Positions 10,105 to 20,119 of a DNA stretch of 55,329 bases are shown one piece after another (within the stretch, counting starts at the first letter, position 1; every line of letters starts with the position of its first letter). A program made the translations under genes and the position numbers. The notes beneath the pieces were generated by a model. It was not told the DNA's origin. It was given only the letters and a program-made list of their open reading frames with translations, and did no database searches. Location: contig DAOQRQ010000001.1 in NCBI GenBank assembly GCA_035355815.1, forward strand, positions 1,664 to 56,992, in the 5' to 3' direction. This DNA comes from Ferruginibacter sp. GTDB taxonomy: Bacteria; Bacteroidota; Bacteroidia; Chitinophagales; Chitinophagaceae.

Positions 10105-10869
10105 ATGTTGAATTTAACCATACAAACAAAGGGACTGGTAAAAGTTTACGGCAGCAGAACGGTGGTGAACAATGTTTCTTTTGAAGTAAAGCAGGGAGAG
10201 ATCGTTGGTTTGCTGGGGCCCAACGGCGCCGGTAAAACCACGTCGTTTTACCAGGTGGTGGGTTTGGTAAAGCCCGATGAGGGAGAGGTTTTTCTGAACG
10301 ACATAAATATTACCAAACTTCCCATGTACAAAAGGGCGCAAATGGGCATTGGTTATTTACCGCAGGAGGCAAGTGTATTCCGTAAACTAAGTGTGGAGGA
10401 CAATGTGATGGCGGTGCTGGAAATGACAAAGCTCAGCAAGAAGCAACAAAGAGAAAAAATGGAGACCCTGCTGGATGAATTCAACCTGCAGCGGGTACGT
10501 AAGAATAACGGCGATACCCTCAGTGGCGGCGAAAGAAGAAGAACCGAGATCGCCCGGGCCCTGGCTGTAGATCCTAAGTTCATTTTGCTGGATGAACCCT
10601 TTGCCGGTGTTGATCCCATTGCGGTGGAAGACATACAGGCCATTGTGGCAAAACTCAAATTCCGAAACATCGGCATACTGATCACTGATCATAATGTAAA
10701 CGAAACGCTTTCTATCTGCGACCGGGCCTACCTGCTCATTGATGGTAAAATATTCACCCACGGCACTGCCGAAGAGCTGGCCGGCGATGAACAGGTTCGC
10801 CGCTTATACCTGGGCAAGAATTTTGAGTTGAAGCGAAAGGATTATTTACATGATGAAGCTGCCCGATAA
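10105..10869 (+). CDS. lptB: LPS export ABC transporter ATP-binding protein LptB
   Basis: [45 protein letters not shown]. Confidence 0.95.
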   Translation: MLNLTIQTKGLVKVYGSRTVVNNVSFEVKQGEIVGLLGPNGAGKTTSFYQVVGLVKPDEGEVFLNDINITKLPMYKRAQMGIGYLPQEASVFRKLSVEDNVMAVLEMTKLSKKQQREKMETLLDEFNLQRVRKNNGDTLSGGERRRTEIARALAVDPKFILLDEPFAGVDPIAVEDIQAIVAKLKFRNIGILITDHNVNETLSICDRAYLLIDGKIFTHGTAEELAGDEQVRRLYLGKNFELKRKDYLHDEAAR

Positions 10870-10889
10870 TTTTTTATCTTGTTGGGTAA

Positions 10890-12410
10890 ATGAAGCTGCT
10901 CTCCCCCGCCATATCCAAATTAGCCCGTATGCGCCTCTGGCGTATCGAGAACTGGAGCAGCCACCCCGTAGCCGTTCAGCGGGAAGTATTACAGGAGCTG
11001 GTTACCGCAGCCCAGTACACCGAGTTTGGCAGGAAGTATAATTTCTCGAAGTTATTTACACTGAAAGAGTTTAAAAAAAATGTTCCCATTCACGAGTACG
11101 ACGATATAAAACCCTACATCCTGCGTATGATGGAGGGAGAAGAAAATATTTTATGGAACACCCCGGTTAAATGGTTTGCCAAATCATCCGGCACCACATC
11201 CGATAAAAGCAAGTTCATCCCCATCAGCGAAGAAAGCCTGCAGGATAATCATTTTAAAGCCAGCAAAGATGTATTGAGTCATTACTACAAAAATTTCCCT
11301 TCCAGCGACCTGCTTACCGGCAAAGGATTGGTAGTAGGCGGTTCTCACCAGATCAGCAAGGTAAATGAAGAGATACAGTATGGCGACCTGAGTGCGGTGC
11401 TGATGCAGAACTCTCCCTTTTGGGGGCAATGGATACGAACACCGGAATTAAGCGTGGCCCTGCTGGATGAATGGGAAGATAAAATTGAAAGGCTGGCACA
11501 GGTAACGGCCAATGAAAATGTTACCTCGCTGGCAGGCGTACCCACCTGGACGCTTCTTTTACTCAAACGCATCCTGGAAATAAAGGGCAAGACCACCATT
11601 AAAGAAGTGTGGCCCCATTTAGAACTCTATATTAATGGCGGCGTTTCCTTTGTTCCTTATAAAGAACAGTTTGATAAGATCATCGGGGAAAAAATAAATT
11701 ACCTGGAAATATACAACGCCAGCGAAGGCTTTATTGCCGCACAGGTAAGCCCGGATGACGACGGCATGTTGCTGTTCACCGAACACGGTATCTTTTATGA
11801 GTTCATGCCCGTGGAAGAATACGCTAAGAAAGATCCGGTAACCGTTGGTCTGAAGGATGTGGTTGCGGGGAAAAATTATGCGCTTATCATAAGCACTACC
11901 GGCGGGCTCTGGCGTTACCTCATCGGCGATACAGTGCAGTTCACCGGTCTCAATCCTTATAAAATAAAGATCAGCGGAAGGCTGAAACATTATATGAATG
12001 CCTTTGGCGAAGAAGTGATCGTTGACAACAGCGATAAAGCCATTGCCATTGCGGCCGAAAAAACAAATGCCATCGTAAACGATTATACGGCGGCTCCGGT
12101 TTATTTCAGCGAAAACAGCAACGGGGCGCACGAGTGGCTGATAGAGTTTGAAAAAGATCCCGGCGATATAGCTGTTTTTATTTCGGAACTGGATAACGCA
12201 TTGAAGAATATCAACAGCGATTACGAGGCAAAACGGCACAAGAATATTGCGTTGCGTATGCCCATCGTTCACAAACTGGCGCAGGGAACCTTCAGGGAAT
12301 GGTTGCGCAGCAAAGGAAAACTGGGCGGACAGCACAAGGTTCCCCGGTTAAGCAATGAACGGCAGATACTGGAAGAAATATTGAAAATAAAAAATATCGG
12401 GACCCTTTAA
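10890..12410 (+). CDS. GH3 auxin-responsive promoter family protein (acyl-adenylating ANL-type enzyme)
   Basis: FAKSSGTTSDKSKFIP P-loop, YNASEG, GLWRYLIGD, GQHKVPRL. Confidence 0.88.
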   Translation: MKLLSPAISKLARMRLWRIENWSSHPVAVQREVLQELVTAAQYTEFGRKYNFSKLFTLKEFKKNVPIHEYDDIKPYILRMMEGEENILWNTPVKWFAKSSGTTSDKSKFIPISEESLQDNHFKASKDVLSHYYKNFPSSDLLTGKGLVVGGSHQISKVNEEIQYGDLSAVLMQNSPFWGQWIRTPELSVALLDEWEDKIERLAQVTANENVTSLAGVPTWTLLLLKRILEIKGKTTIKEVWPHLELYINGGVSFVPYKEQFDKIIGEKINYLEIYNASEGFIAAQVSPDDDGMLLFTEHGIFYEFMPVEEYAKKDPVTVGLKDVVAGKNYALIISTTGGLWRYLIGDTVQFTGLNPYKIKISGRLKHYMNAFGEEVIVDNSDKAIAIAAEKTNAIVNDYTAAPVYFSENSNGAHEWLIEFEKDPGDIAVFISELDNALKNINSDYEAKRHKNIALRMPIVHKLAQGTFREWLRSKGKLGGQHKVPRLSNERQILEEILKIKNIGTL

Positions 12411-12448
12411 GATTTTGATTTTATCTTGAGAAAAGAAAACAATTATCT

Positions 12449-13204
12449 ATGAAATTATTAGAAGGAAAAACAGCGATTGTTACCGGGGCTGCCCGGGGCA
12501 TTGGTGAGGGCATTGCATTAAAATTTGCAGAACACGGATGCAATATCGCCTTTACCTATGTGAGTGATGGCAGCGCAGAAAAAGCAAAAGCCCTGGAGCA
12601 AAAGCTTGCCGGCATGGGCGTAAAGGCAAAAGCGTGGAAAAGCAATGCCGGCGACTATGCAGCCTGCGAAGCATTTGTGAATGAAGTGCTGAAAGAATTT
12701 GGCGCCGTAGATATTTGCGTGAACAATGCCGGTATATCAAAAGATAATCTATTACTCAGGATGACGCCCGAGCAATGGGATGACGTGATGCAGATAAACC
12801 TGAAAAGCGTTTTTAACATGACCAAGCAGGTGATACGCCCAATGATGAAGGCAAGAAGCGGAAGCATCATTAACATGAGCAGCGTGATCGGCGAGATGGG
12901 CAATGCAGGCCAGAGTAGTTATGCGGCCAGCAAGGCCGGTATCATTGGCTTTACAAAAAGCGTGGCCAAAGAACTGGGCAGCCGCAATATCCGTTGCAAC
13001 GCCGTGGCCCCCGGGTTTGTAGAAACAGATATGACACATTACTTAAAAGAAGGCGAAGGAGCAGAGAAGTACAAAGCAGATATTCCATTAGGCAGGTTTG
13101 CCAGCACCGAAGATATTGCCAATGTTTGTTTGTTCCTTGCCTGCGATATGGGCAATTATATCACCGGCCAGGTAATAAGCGCCTGTGGTGGATTGAATAT
13201 TTGA
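12449..13204 (+). CDS. fabG: 3-oxoacyl-ACP reductase
   Basis: TGAARGIG, NNAGISKDNLLLRM, GNAGQSSYAASKAG, VAPGFVETDMT. Confidence 0.9.
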   Translation: MKLLEGKTAIVTGAARGIGEGIALKFAEHGCNIAFTYVSDGSAEKAKALEQKLAGMGVKAKAWKSNAGDYAACEAFVNEVLKEFGAVDICVNNAGISKDNLLLRMTPEQWDDVMQINLKSVFNMTKQVIRPMMKARSGSIINMSSVIGEMGNAGQSSYAASKAGIIGFTKSVAKELGSRNIRCNAVAPGFVETDMTHYLKEGEGAEKYKADIPLGRFASTEDIANVCLFLACDMGNYITGQVISACGGLNI

Positions 13205-13215
13205 TCTTAGGTTCC

Positions 13216-13252
13216 AAAAAAAATCCCGGGTATGTTTACCCGGGATTTTTTT
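13216..13252. terminator. Bidirectional intrinsic terminator between fabG and dabB
   Basis: AAAAAAAATCCCGGGTA-tgtt-TACCCGGGATTTTTTT. Confidence 0.88.
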
Positions 13253-15107
13253 ATGATGACCGGAATGCCACCGGGTGATCTAATTTTTTATGTGGCCCCA
13301 GAAAGATCCGAAGCAGGATGCGGAACGCTGCCAGCTCTACAAACAAAAAACACAAGCCCAACAGGATGATCAATGCCGCCTGGCTGCTGTGTACATACGT
13401 AAAGAATACATCTACGCCGATAAAGGCAGCCGTTATTGGAAAGCCAAGCATACCAAGCGCTGCCAACAGAAATAAAAATCCGGTTGTTTCCTGTTCGTAT
13501 ACATAACCATGGAAGCGATCGAGAGAAATATCATTATCGATACCTTTTATTTTTTGCAGGCAGTAATATCCCAATAAAAAAGCAAGCAGCACGCCGCTGA
13601 TATAAAATACGGTCTCTGTAATACTGGTATGATCGGCATTTAACAACAGGGCGGCAATAATATAAATATGGCCGGTCAATAACCCGGTCCAGGCCTTTAT
13701 AGCCGATTGACGGTACGCAAAAGAAAAAAGAATGATCGCCAGGGCAATGCTCATTAATATCACTGGCAGGCTTACTGCCTGGCGTTGCAGCATTTCCGGG
13801 TTAAGAAGACCCATTATTAAAATGGCGATCCCTGCAACGGCAAGAAGTGCGATCAAAAGATAAGACTGAAAGAACCGCAATTGTTTTCCTGCCCATTTGA
13901 ACGGGCTCCATAAAAACCGGAACATAATGGCATCTAAATTCCATTCTTTGATATTCAGGATATATAATGAAGCTGTTAATGCAGATACAGGCTTTTGTTT
14001 GGGTGCCGTGTAATGAAAATACTGGTGATGCACCAGGTAATTTAAAACCGAAGGAGAAACCAGTAACTGGTAGGTTCTTAAAAATGCATTCCCTGCAAAA
14101 TGGATCAGCACCAGCCAATGGAAACCCAACGCCGTTTCAATGAACATCAATCCTATTTGTGCTGCAGATGAGTAAGCGATCTGTGTTTTAACCGTTGGTT
14201 GTACCCTTGCAATAAGTGTGGCCATCACCGCTGTTAATGCGCCTATAACGATGATAACGATCTTGGCCCAAAGCATATCTTCCCAGAAAGGATGCGTACG
14301 CAACAGGAAAAAAACACCGATGTGTACACTGAGTGATCCGTAAAAAATAGCCGAAGAAGATGTAGGCCCTTCCATGGCTCTTGGCAACCAGGTGGTGAAT
14401 GGGAACTGTGCCGACTTAATCGTAGCTGCCAGGATGATCATGCAGACGATGAACACCGCCATGGAAGTGTTGCCGCTTTGTACTGCCATCTCTTTTGCCT
14501 CACCCAGCTGGGTAAATGAAATATTCTGATGGGTAAGATGATGCATCATCCACATGGCAAGTATCAGCGAAATGTCACTTACCCGGTAATTGGAAACCGT
14601 CTTCAGTGCATTTTTTACGGGCAGGTAGCGGTTGCGGTAAAATGCGATCAGCAGGAAAGAACAAAGACCTTTTATTTCCCAGCCAATAAAGAGTGTTTCA
14701 AAATTTCCGGAGAGGATGATAAAATTATAGCCCGCAGCAAACAGCAGGATGGTGTTAAAGAACCGTTTATAGCCCTGGTCACGGTGCATATAATATTTAC
14801 TGAACGTGGCTACCAGGAAAAACAACAAGGCGCCCACAATGCTGAATACTGCTGTTATTTCATCGTAATAAAATTGAATGGCAAAAACAAAACGCTCTGT
14901 TTGATACAGCGTGGCCAGTTTATAGCTTACCGGCTCAAGCCCGTTGAATATCCACCATATCATAAAACAAACCGACAAAACGATATAAGAAACCTTTGTG
15001 ACACGTACAATGCGGCCGATTGGTTTTTCGTTTTTATTTTGCCAGAACAGCGAAATGAAAAACGCCAGCAGCGGCAATCCGGTGAACAAGATGAGCAGTT
15101 GATTCAT
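13251..15107 (-). CDS. dabB: DabB/MpsA-like NuoL-family cation-translocating subunit of an inorganic carbon transporter
   Basis: NuoL/MrpA-type motifs FIGWE..GLCSFLLI and KSAQFPFTTWLPRAMEGPTSSSA; directly downstream of the DUF2309 gene; no other nuo or mrp genes nearby. Confidence 0.88.
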   Translation of the reverse strand: MNQLLILFTGLPLLAFFISLFWQNKNEKPIGRIVRVTKVSYIVLSVCFMIWWIFNGLEPVSYKLATLYQTERFVFAIQFYYDEITAVFSIVGALLFFLVATFSKYYMHRDQGYKRFFNTILLFAAGYNFIILSGNFETLFIGWEIKGLCSFLLIAFYRNRYLPVKNALKTVSNYRVSDISLILAMWMMHHLTHQNISFTQLGEAKEMAVQSGNTSMAVFIVCMIILAATIKSAQFPFTTWLPRAMEGPTSSSAIFYGSLSVHIGVFFLLRTHPFWEDMLWAKIVIIVIGALTAVMATLIARVQPTVKTQIAYSSAAQIGLMFIETALGFHWLVLIHFAGNAFLRTYQLLVSPSVLNYLVHHQYFHYTAPKQKPVSALTASLYILNIKEWNLDAIMFRFLWSPFKWAGKQLRFFQSYLLIALLAVAGIAILIMGLLNPEMLQRQAVSLPVILMSIALAIILFSFAYRQSAIKAWTGLLTGHIYIIAALLLNADHTSITETVFYISGVLLAFLLGYYCLQKIKGIDNDISLDRFHGYVYEQETTGFLFLLAALGMLGFPITAAFIGVDVFFTYVHSSQAALIILLGLCFLFVELAAFRILLRIFLGPHKKLDHPVAFRSS

Positions 15108-15148
15108 TTGGTTTATTTCTAACTGTTATAATTAGTGGTTCTTTATTA

Positions 15149-17677
15149 TTAATCCAGCAGGTACACCGGCAGGTTTTCTTCTGTTGCATGCACAATATGA
15201 TTGGTCTCCATTTCTTTTGCCCCCTCAATGAACTTCTCCATGTTGTGGATCGTTTTTATTTGTCCGGAAGCTGTTATCGGTTCGTATCTTGCAAACACGC
15301 CCTTGCTGAAATAATAGAATTGTTTTTCTTCGGGATGTAGCGCCACGATGTGCACCCATTCATTCTTATACCACTCAAACACTTCGTCTGATGATTGGAT
15401 CGCCTTTAAAACAATTTCGGGCCGGTGTTCAACGATCACCAGCAATCTCACCGGGTCGTGTACTTCTATCATCTGCCAGGGCAGGCCGGGCCGCAGATCA
15501 CCATCGCTGCTGTTAGCCACGCCAAATAAGCCCATCACATTGTGAGGAAGTTTGGTTCCGGCGCCCAGTTTAATATTATCTACCCTGGAAAAATAATATT
15601 CCAGGTTGATGCCCCCGCAAACAAGGCCGATCGGCCGCATTACAGCGGTCAGGATCGCTCCATCGGGATCTGTAGTGTGATCATAACTGTTCAGAAATGC
15701 ACGACGGTCGAGGAATAATCCCTTGGTTGTCTGCCTGCGGCCAATAATGGCAAGCGTGTTGGTGCCATGACCCAGTTCCGGCCTTGGTTCAAACAAAGAA
15801 ACTGATCGGTCGTGAATGGCCTTGCGTACCTGTTCCAGCCGCTGCTTTGTATTGATCGAAGCAAAACGCCTGCTTCTTTCTTTTGCATTTAAATTCAATG
15901 CTGTTTCAAAACTCTGTTTATTGATAAAGTGGTCGCCGATATTCTCTGCGCCCAGTACATCCTCGTCGTAATACCCGATCACATCTGCAGCAGTATCGTG
16001 CATGCTGCCGATGAACCGGGTGCTATCCGGAATTAAAATTCCTTTGGCAGCCAGCGCTTCCCTTACTTTTTTATGATTAAGAATAAATGCCTGTACCCTT
16101 GCATTGGTGGCGCCGGGCCTTCCGCTGCAGGCGCCGCAGTCGTGTGCGCCGTGGTGCGGATTGTTGGCGCTGCTGCTTCCATGGGCAACAATATAAACAA
16201 TGGGGGCAAAGTTTTTAACCAGGCCGATGCCCCGCAAAAAACCTTCGGCCCTTGTGATCATTTCATCAACCGTATAACCGATCTGCAATCCGTTCTCTAC
16301 ATCAGCGGGATTTTTATTTTCGATGGTTAAAGACGACTGCCTGTCCATGTGTCCATACGCATTTGAAATGGCCGGGCTCATTTTCGGACTGAACATCATC
16401 TGCATTTTTTTTGCCAGCGCCCAAAATCCGTAGGTAATACTTAATACAAAGCCGGTAAAAAATCCATGCGTGAGTTTGCTGTAGATCGGTTCCTCTTTTC
16501 TTGCTTCTTTTGCATTATACTCTTTAATGAGGTATTTGGGTGTTACCGGTGCCGGGCACAGTTTATCATAAAACCTGCTTCCCTCCTGCTGAAAATAAAA
16601 CTCCACGCCAAAGAATCCCGGGGCGCCAAATGTTTCGCAGTGTTTATCCACGGCTTCGATATGCCTGCGGATGGAATCTTCCCGCTCATCGATACAAAAG
16701 ATGGCCTGGAATGTTTTGGCGTTCGATAAAGATCTTGGCGAAGCAATGCTTATCCCTTTCAGCACCGAATCGTAATAACTCCATTCAAATGCATCCTGCC
16801 ACAGTTCTATCACTTCTGCAAGTTCTGTTTTATCAACGCTGGCAAACAGGTCTGTTGGCGGCTCTGCTGCATGAATGGCCAGGGGTTGCCATTTTTTTCC
16901 AACCCGGTGGTTGAGTATATCCAGTTCCATCAGTAATTCAAATTCCACCAGTTCTTTTAGTGTGATCAGTTTTTTATCGAGCAGTGTTTGCGGATTGTCT
17001 TCCACCGCAGAAACAAAGCCGCTCCAGCCATGGTGAGCGAATTGCTGGTCGAACAGGTACTGTTCAAAATATTCTTCTTTACCAACAATGCTTTCTAAAA
17101 GTCCGGTAATGGAATAATTACCCGATAAAAATTTCTGTCGTACCCCCCGGGTTTTAAAAAAACTGGTGAAGCTTTTTTGCTCCAGTTCTCTTACACTTTC
17201 GGTAAACGACCGGCCGGCAACCGGAAAATCCTGGACGGCGATACCCTGGTCTAAAAAAGCGCAAAGGATGCGGAACAACAGGGGGTGAACCTTATTGTCT
17301 ATGTCCAGGTGGTAAACGGTTTTCCAGTATTTTCTCAACTGCCCGATCCGTGGGTGGCTGATGGTATCGTACCTTGTTACGGTGAGTTTTTGTTTCCAAT
17401 CGGAAAGGGCATTTTTCCCTTTTTTATTGACGATCACCATTTGCAGAATGTCTTCCCTGATACGGCCGGTCTTATACATTTCCCGGTATTCGGATAATTG
17501 CAGGTGTACCTGATAACCGAATATCTTTGATGCTTTAAAAATGGCATCATAAAATTTCATATGCTGAAATGCATGCAGGGAGTTGTGATGGATAAAATCC
17601 TTCAGGGCCTGCTGCGACGGCAGAAAATGTTTCAGTTCGTGGATAACATCTGCTTCGTTAAATGAATGATTGCCCAT
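15149..17677 (-). CDS. dabA: DabA/MpsB (DUF2309/UPF0753) inorganic carbon transporter subunit
   Basis: DFIHHNSLHAF, QAIFCIDER, ETFGAPGFFG, AHGSSSANNP..DCGACSG, RPELGH, RRAFLNSYD, INLEYYFS.VDN, GTKLPHNV, DLRPGLP. Confidence 0.93.
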   Translation of the reverse strand: MGNHSFNEADVIHELKHFLPSQQALKDFIHHNSLHAFQHMKFYDAIFKASKIFGYQVHLQLSEYREMYKTGRIREDILQMVIVNKKGKNALSDWKQKLTVTRYDTISHPRIGQLRKYWKTVYHLDIDNKVHPLLFRILCAFLDQGIAVQDFPVAGRSFTESVRELEQKSFTSFFKTRGVRQKFLSGNYSITGLLESIVGKEEYFEQYLFDQQFAHHGWSGFVSAVEDNPQTLLDKKLITLKELVEFELLMELDILNHRVGKKWQPLAIHAAEPPTDLFASVDKTELAEVIELWQDAFEWSYYDSVLKGISIASPRSLSNAKTFQAIFCIDEREDSIRRHIEAVDKHCETFGAPGFFGVEFYFQQEGSRFYDKLCPAPVTPKYLIKEYNAKEARKEEPIYSKLTHGFFTGFVLSITYGFWALAKKMQMMFSPKMSPAISNAYGHMDRQSSLTIENKNPADVENGLQIGYTVDEMITRAEGFLRGIGLVKNFAPIVYIVAHGSSSANNPHHGAHDCGACSGRPGATNARVQAFILNHKKVREALAAKGILIPDSTRFIGSMHDTAADVIGYYDEDVLGAENIGDHFINKQSFETALNLNAKERSRRFASINTKQRLEQVRKAIHDRSVSLFEPRPELGHGTNTLAIIGRRQTTKGLFLDRRAFLNSYDHTTDPDGAILTAVMRPIGLVCGGINLEYYFSRVDNIKLGAGTKLPHNVMGLFGVANSSDGDLRPGLPWQMIEVHDPVRLLVIVEHRPEIVLKAIQSSDEVFEWYKNEWVHIVALHPEEKQFYYFSKGVFARYEPITASGQIKTIHNMEKFIEGAKEMETNHIVHATEENLPVYLLD

Positions 17678-17682
17678 ATTAA

Positions 17683-17712
17683 ATAAAATCGGGTTGGAGA
17701 TTTCCCCAACCC
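17683..17712 (-). terminator. Terminator-like hairpin inside the cluster, between beta-CA and dabA
   Basis: Minus-strand RNA GGGUUGGGG-AAAU-CUCCAACCC followed by GAUUUUAUUU; stem ends 13 nt before the dabA ATG. Confidence 0.6.
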
Positions 17713-17723
17713 TGTTTTAAAAA

Positions 17724-18413
17724 TTAATGCCGTAGTTCTGCTACACTGAATTTTGGATTTTTTTCATCCTTTATGTATAAAACATCTTTATAAAATTCCA
17801 CTTTCCCGGTATCGATATTATACATGGCTCCCACAATACCGATCTCTCCTTTATCGAGCATTTCTTCCAGGATAAAGCTGCGCTCTATAATATTTTTTAC
17901 CCCACGCCTCACATTCAATGCGGATACATTCTCAACAAATTTTCCATTCTTTGAATTCCTTTTATCGATGGCTGTTGTTTCTGATTCGGAGTAAACAGCC
18001 GGCTGCAGCTTTGATAATAGCTCGGTAAGGTTTCCCATTTCAACATGGTCGCAGGCTCCTTTCACGGCTCCGCATTTGGTGTGGCCAAGAACAACGATGA
18101 GCTTTGACCCTGCTACTTTACAGGCAAACTCCATGCTGCCCAGTATATCTGTATTCACAATATTGCCTGCGATCCTGATAGAAAAAACATCGCCCAAGCC
18201 CTGGTCGAAAATTAACTCAGAAGAAGTGCGGCTGTCAATACAGCTAAGTATAGTAGCAAATGGCCATTGCCCGTCACGGGTAGCATTCACCTGGGCCAAC
18301 AGATCTCTTTGCGCTTTCAGGTTTTTTACAAACCTGGCATTCCCTTCCTGTAAAATTTCCAATGCCATCCTGGGTGTTAAACTTGCTTGTGTTTCTTTTG
18401 TATGAACTCTCAT
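17724..18413 (-). CDS. Beta-class carbonic anhydrase
   Basis: GNARF, Zn ligands SCIDSR and GHTKCGA, IFDQGLGDVFSIRIAGN. Confidence 0.93.
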   Translation of the reverse strand: MRVHTKETQASLTPRMALEILQEGNARFVKNLKAQRDLLAQVNATRDGQWPFATILSCIDSRTSSELIFDQGLGDVFSIRIAGNIVNTDILGSMEFACKVAGSKLIVVLGHTKCGAVKGACDHVEMGNLTELLSKLQPAVYSESETTAIDKRNSKNGKFVENVSALNVRRGVKNIIERSFILEEMLDKGEIGIVGAMYNIDTGKVEFYKDVLYIKDEKNPKFSVAELRH

Positions 18414-18445
18414 TTTAAATTTGATTGTTTTTTTAAAAATTTATT

Positions 18446-19996
18446 TTATGCAGGTTCAATAAAATTGACCGTTTCAACAGTTATGTTTTTTGTTTTAGCA
18501 TTGCTTCTGAAATCACGGATAAGCTCCACAACGTCGTAAGCAATAGACCTGGAATTGGTGCAATCAATAATAACCTTTGAATTTGCCGGGATCTCCTCCA
18601 GCTCTTTTATCACACTTGCCTTATTAAAAAAGGAAACTTCTTCAGCCAATACAAGGTGATGCACTTTGTGTCCTTCATCACCGGTAACCGTTTCTTTCAT
18701 ATAGTGGGAGTTACGGTAACTGTGTCGCAACGTGTAAAAAATACCGAAGAGTATGCCGATGGTAATCCCTTTTAACAGGTCGGTTGCCAGGATGCCAATG
18801 ACCGTGGCCAGAAAAGGAATAAACTGTTCCCAGCCTAATTTGTACATCTGTTTAAAAAGCGTGGGCTTTGCTAATTTATAGCCCACCATTAATAATATGG
18901 CGGCTAAACTTGCCAGCGGTATCATGTTCAATAACCCTGCTATTGTAATGGCCGATATCAACAAAAAAACACCATGAAGTATGGCGGATAATTTTGTTTT
19001 ACCTCCAAAGTTAATATTGGCAGAACTCCGTACAATAACCTGTGTTATTGGTAAGCCTCCGATTAATCCTGAAACGATATTGCCCAGACCCTGTGCCTTT
19101 AATTCCCGGTTGGTGGGTGTAACTCTTTTATCGGGATCCAGTTTGTCGGTAGCTTCTACACATAACAACGTTTCCAGGCTGGCAACAATGGCCATCACAA
19201 TGCCTGCTTTCCAAACTTCAAAATTTGTTATGGCTGAAAAATCCGGGAACGTGAACTGGTTGAAAAACTCAGTTAAATTCTTTGCAACCGGAAGCCGTAC
19301 AACCTGGTCTTCGGCTAAACTAAAATCGAGTGTTCCCGCTTTAAACAGGTAATTCATTACAATACCAAGTATCACTACAACAATAGGACCCTGTATCAAC
19401 TGAAAGATCTTGTGTTTTTTTGTCAGTACCGAATCCCACAATATCAGTATTGCCAATGAAATACCGGCTATCAAAACAGCGCCGGGTGTAACAAAATCCA
19501 ACGCCTTTGCTATTTCAGAAAAAGTATTTTGTCCGTCTGCCTGAAAAAAAGCATCATCGCCTTCAACGTCCTTATCCCAGCCTAAGGCATGTGGAATTTG
19601 TTTTAAGATAATGAGAAGCCCAATGCCTGTAAGCATCCCCTTAATTACCGAAGAAGGAAAAAAGTAGGCAATAAAACCGGCTTTGGCAAAACCCAGGGCC
19701 AACTGTATAATACCAGCTATAACAACAGCCAGTAAAAATGCGGGAAATGAACCTATGGTGCCAATAGCAGTCAGTACAATCACAGCCAGACCGGCAGCCG
19801 GGCCACTAACCCCTAATGGCGAACCGCTTGCAATACCTACAATAATACCCCCGACTATTCCAGCAATGATGCCGGAAAAAAGAGGAGCCCCCGATGCCAA
19901 TGCAATACCCAGGCATAAAGGAACTGCTACAAAAAATACTACAATACTCGCCGGAAGATCGCTTTTAAATTCTTTAAAGATGCTGTTACTCTTCAT
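18446..19996 (-). CDS. sulP: SulP/SLC26-family anion (probably bicarbonate) transporter with STAS-like tail
   Basis: DLPASIVVFFVAVPLCLGIALASG, SGPAAGL, NRELKAQGLGN, VIVRSSAN; adjacent to a beta-CA gene. Confidence 0.92.
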   Translation of the reverse strand: MKSNSIFKEFKSDLPASIVVFFVAVPLCLGIALASGAPLFSGIIAGIVGGIIVGIASGSPLGVSGPAAGLAVIVLTAIGTIGSFPAFLLAVVIAGIIQLALGFAKAGFIAYFFPSSVIKGMLTGIGLLIILKQIPHALGWDKDVEGDDAFFQADGQNTFSEIAKALDFVTPGAVLIAGISLAILILWDSVLTKKHKIFQLIQGPIVVVILGIVMNYLFKAGTLDFSLAEDQVVRLPVAKNLTEFFNQFTFPDFSAITNFEVWKAGIVMAIVASLETLLCVEATDKLDPDKRVTPTNRELKAQGLGNIVSGLIGGLPITQVIVRSSANINFGGKTKLSAILHGVFLLISAITIAGLLNMIPLASLAAILLMVGYKLAKPTLFKQMYKLGWEQFIPFLATVIGILATDLLKGITIGILFGIFYTLRHSYRNSHYMKETVTGDEGHKVHHLVLAEEVSFFNKASVIKELEEIPANSKVIIDCTNSRSIAYDVVELIRDFRSNAKTKNITVETVNFIEPA

Positions 19997-20119
19997 GAGA
20001 AACTGTTTTGATTTAATTATAAAAGAAATGTATTACCATCATAACTGATAATAAGGTTGCCTTAAAACAATAAGGTCGCTGTCACAATGCAGCGTCATTA
20101 AGAATAAATGAAAATAAAA

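Noticed and set aside
10853-10899. ATGAAGCTGC direct repeat at the lptB end and GH3 start
   Set aside because: Two copies of 10 bp with no other sign of insertion; compatible with chance.
13251-15107. Respiratory complex I NuoL or Mrp antiporter subunit
   Set aside because: No other nuo or mrp genes are adjacent, and direct linkage to a DUF2309 gene fits DabB/MpsA better.
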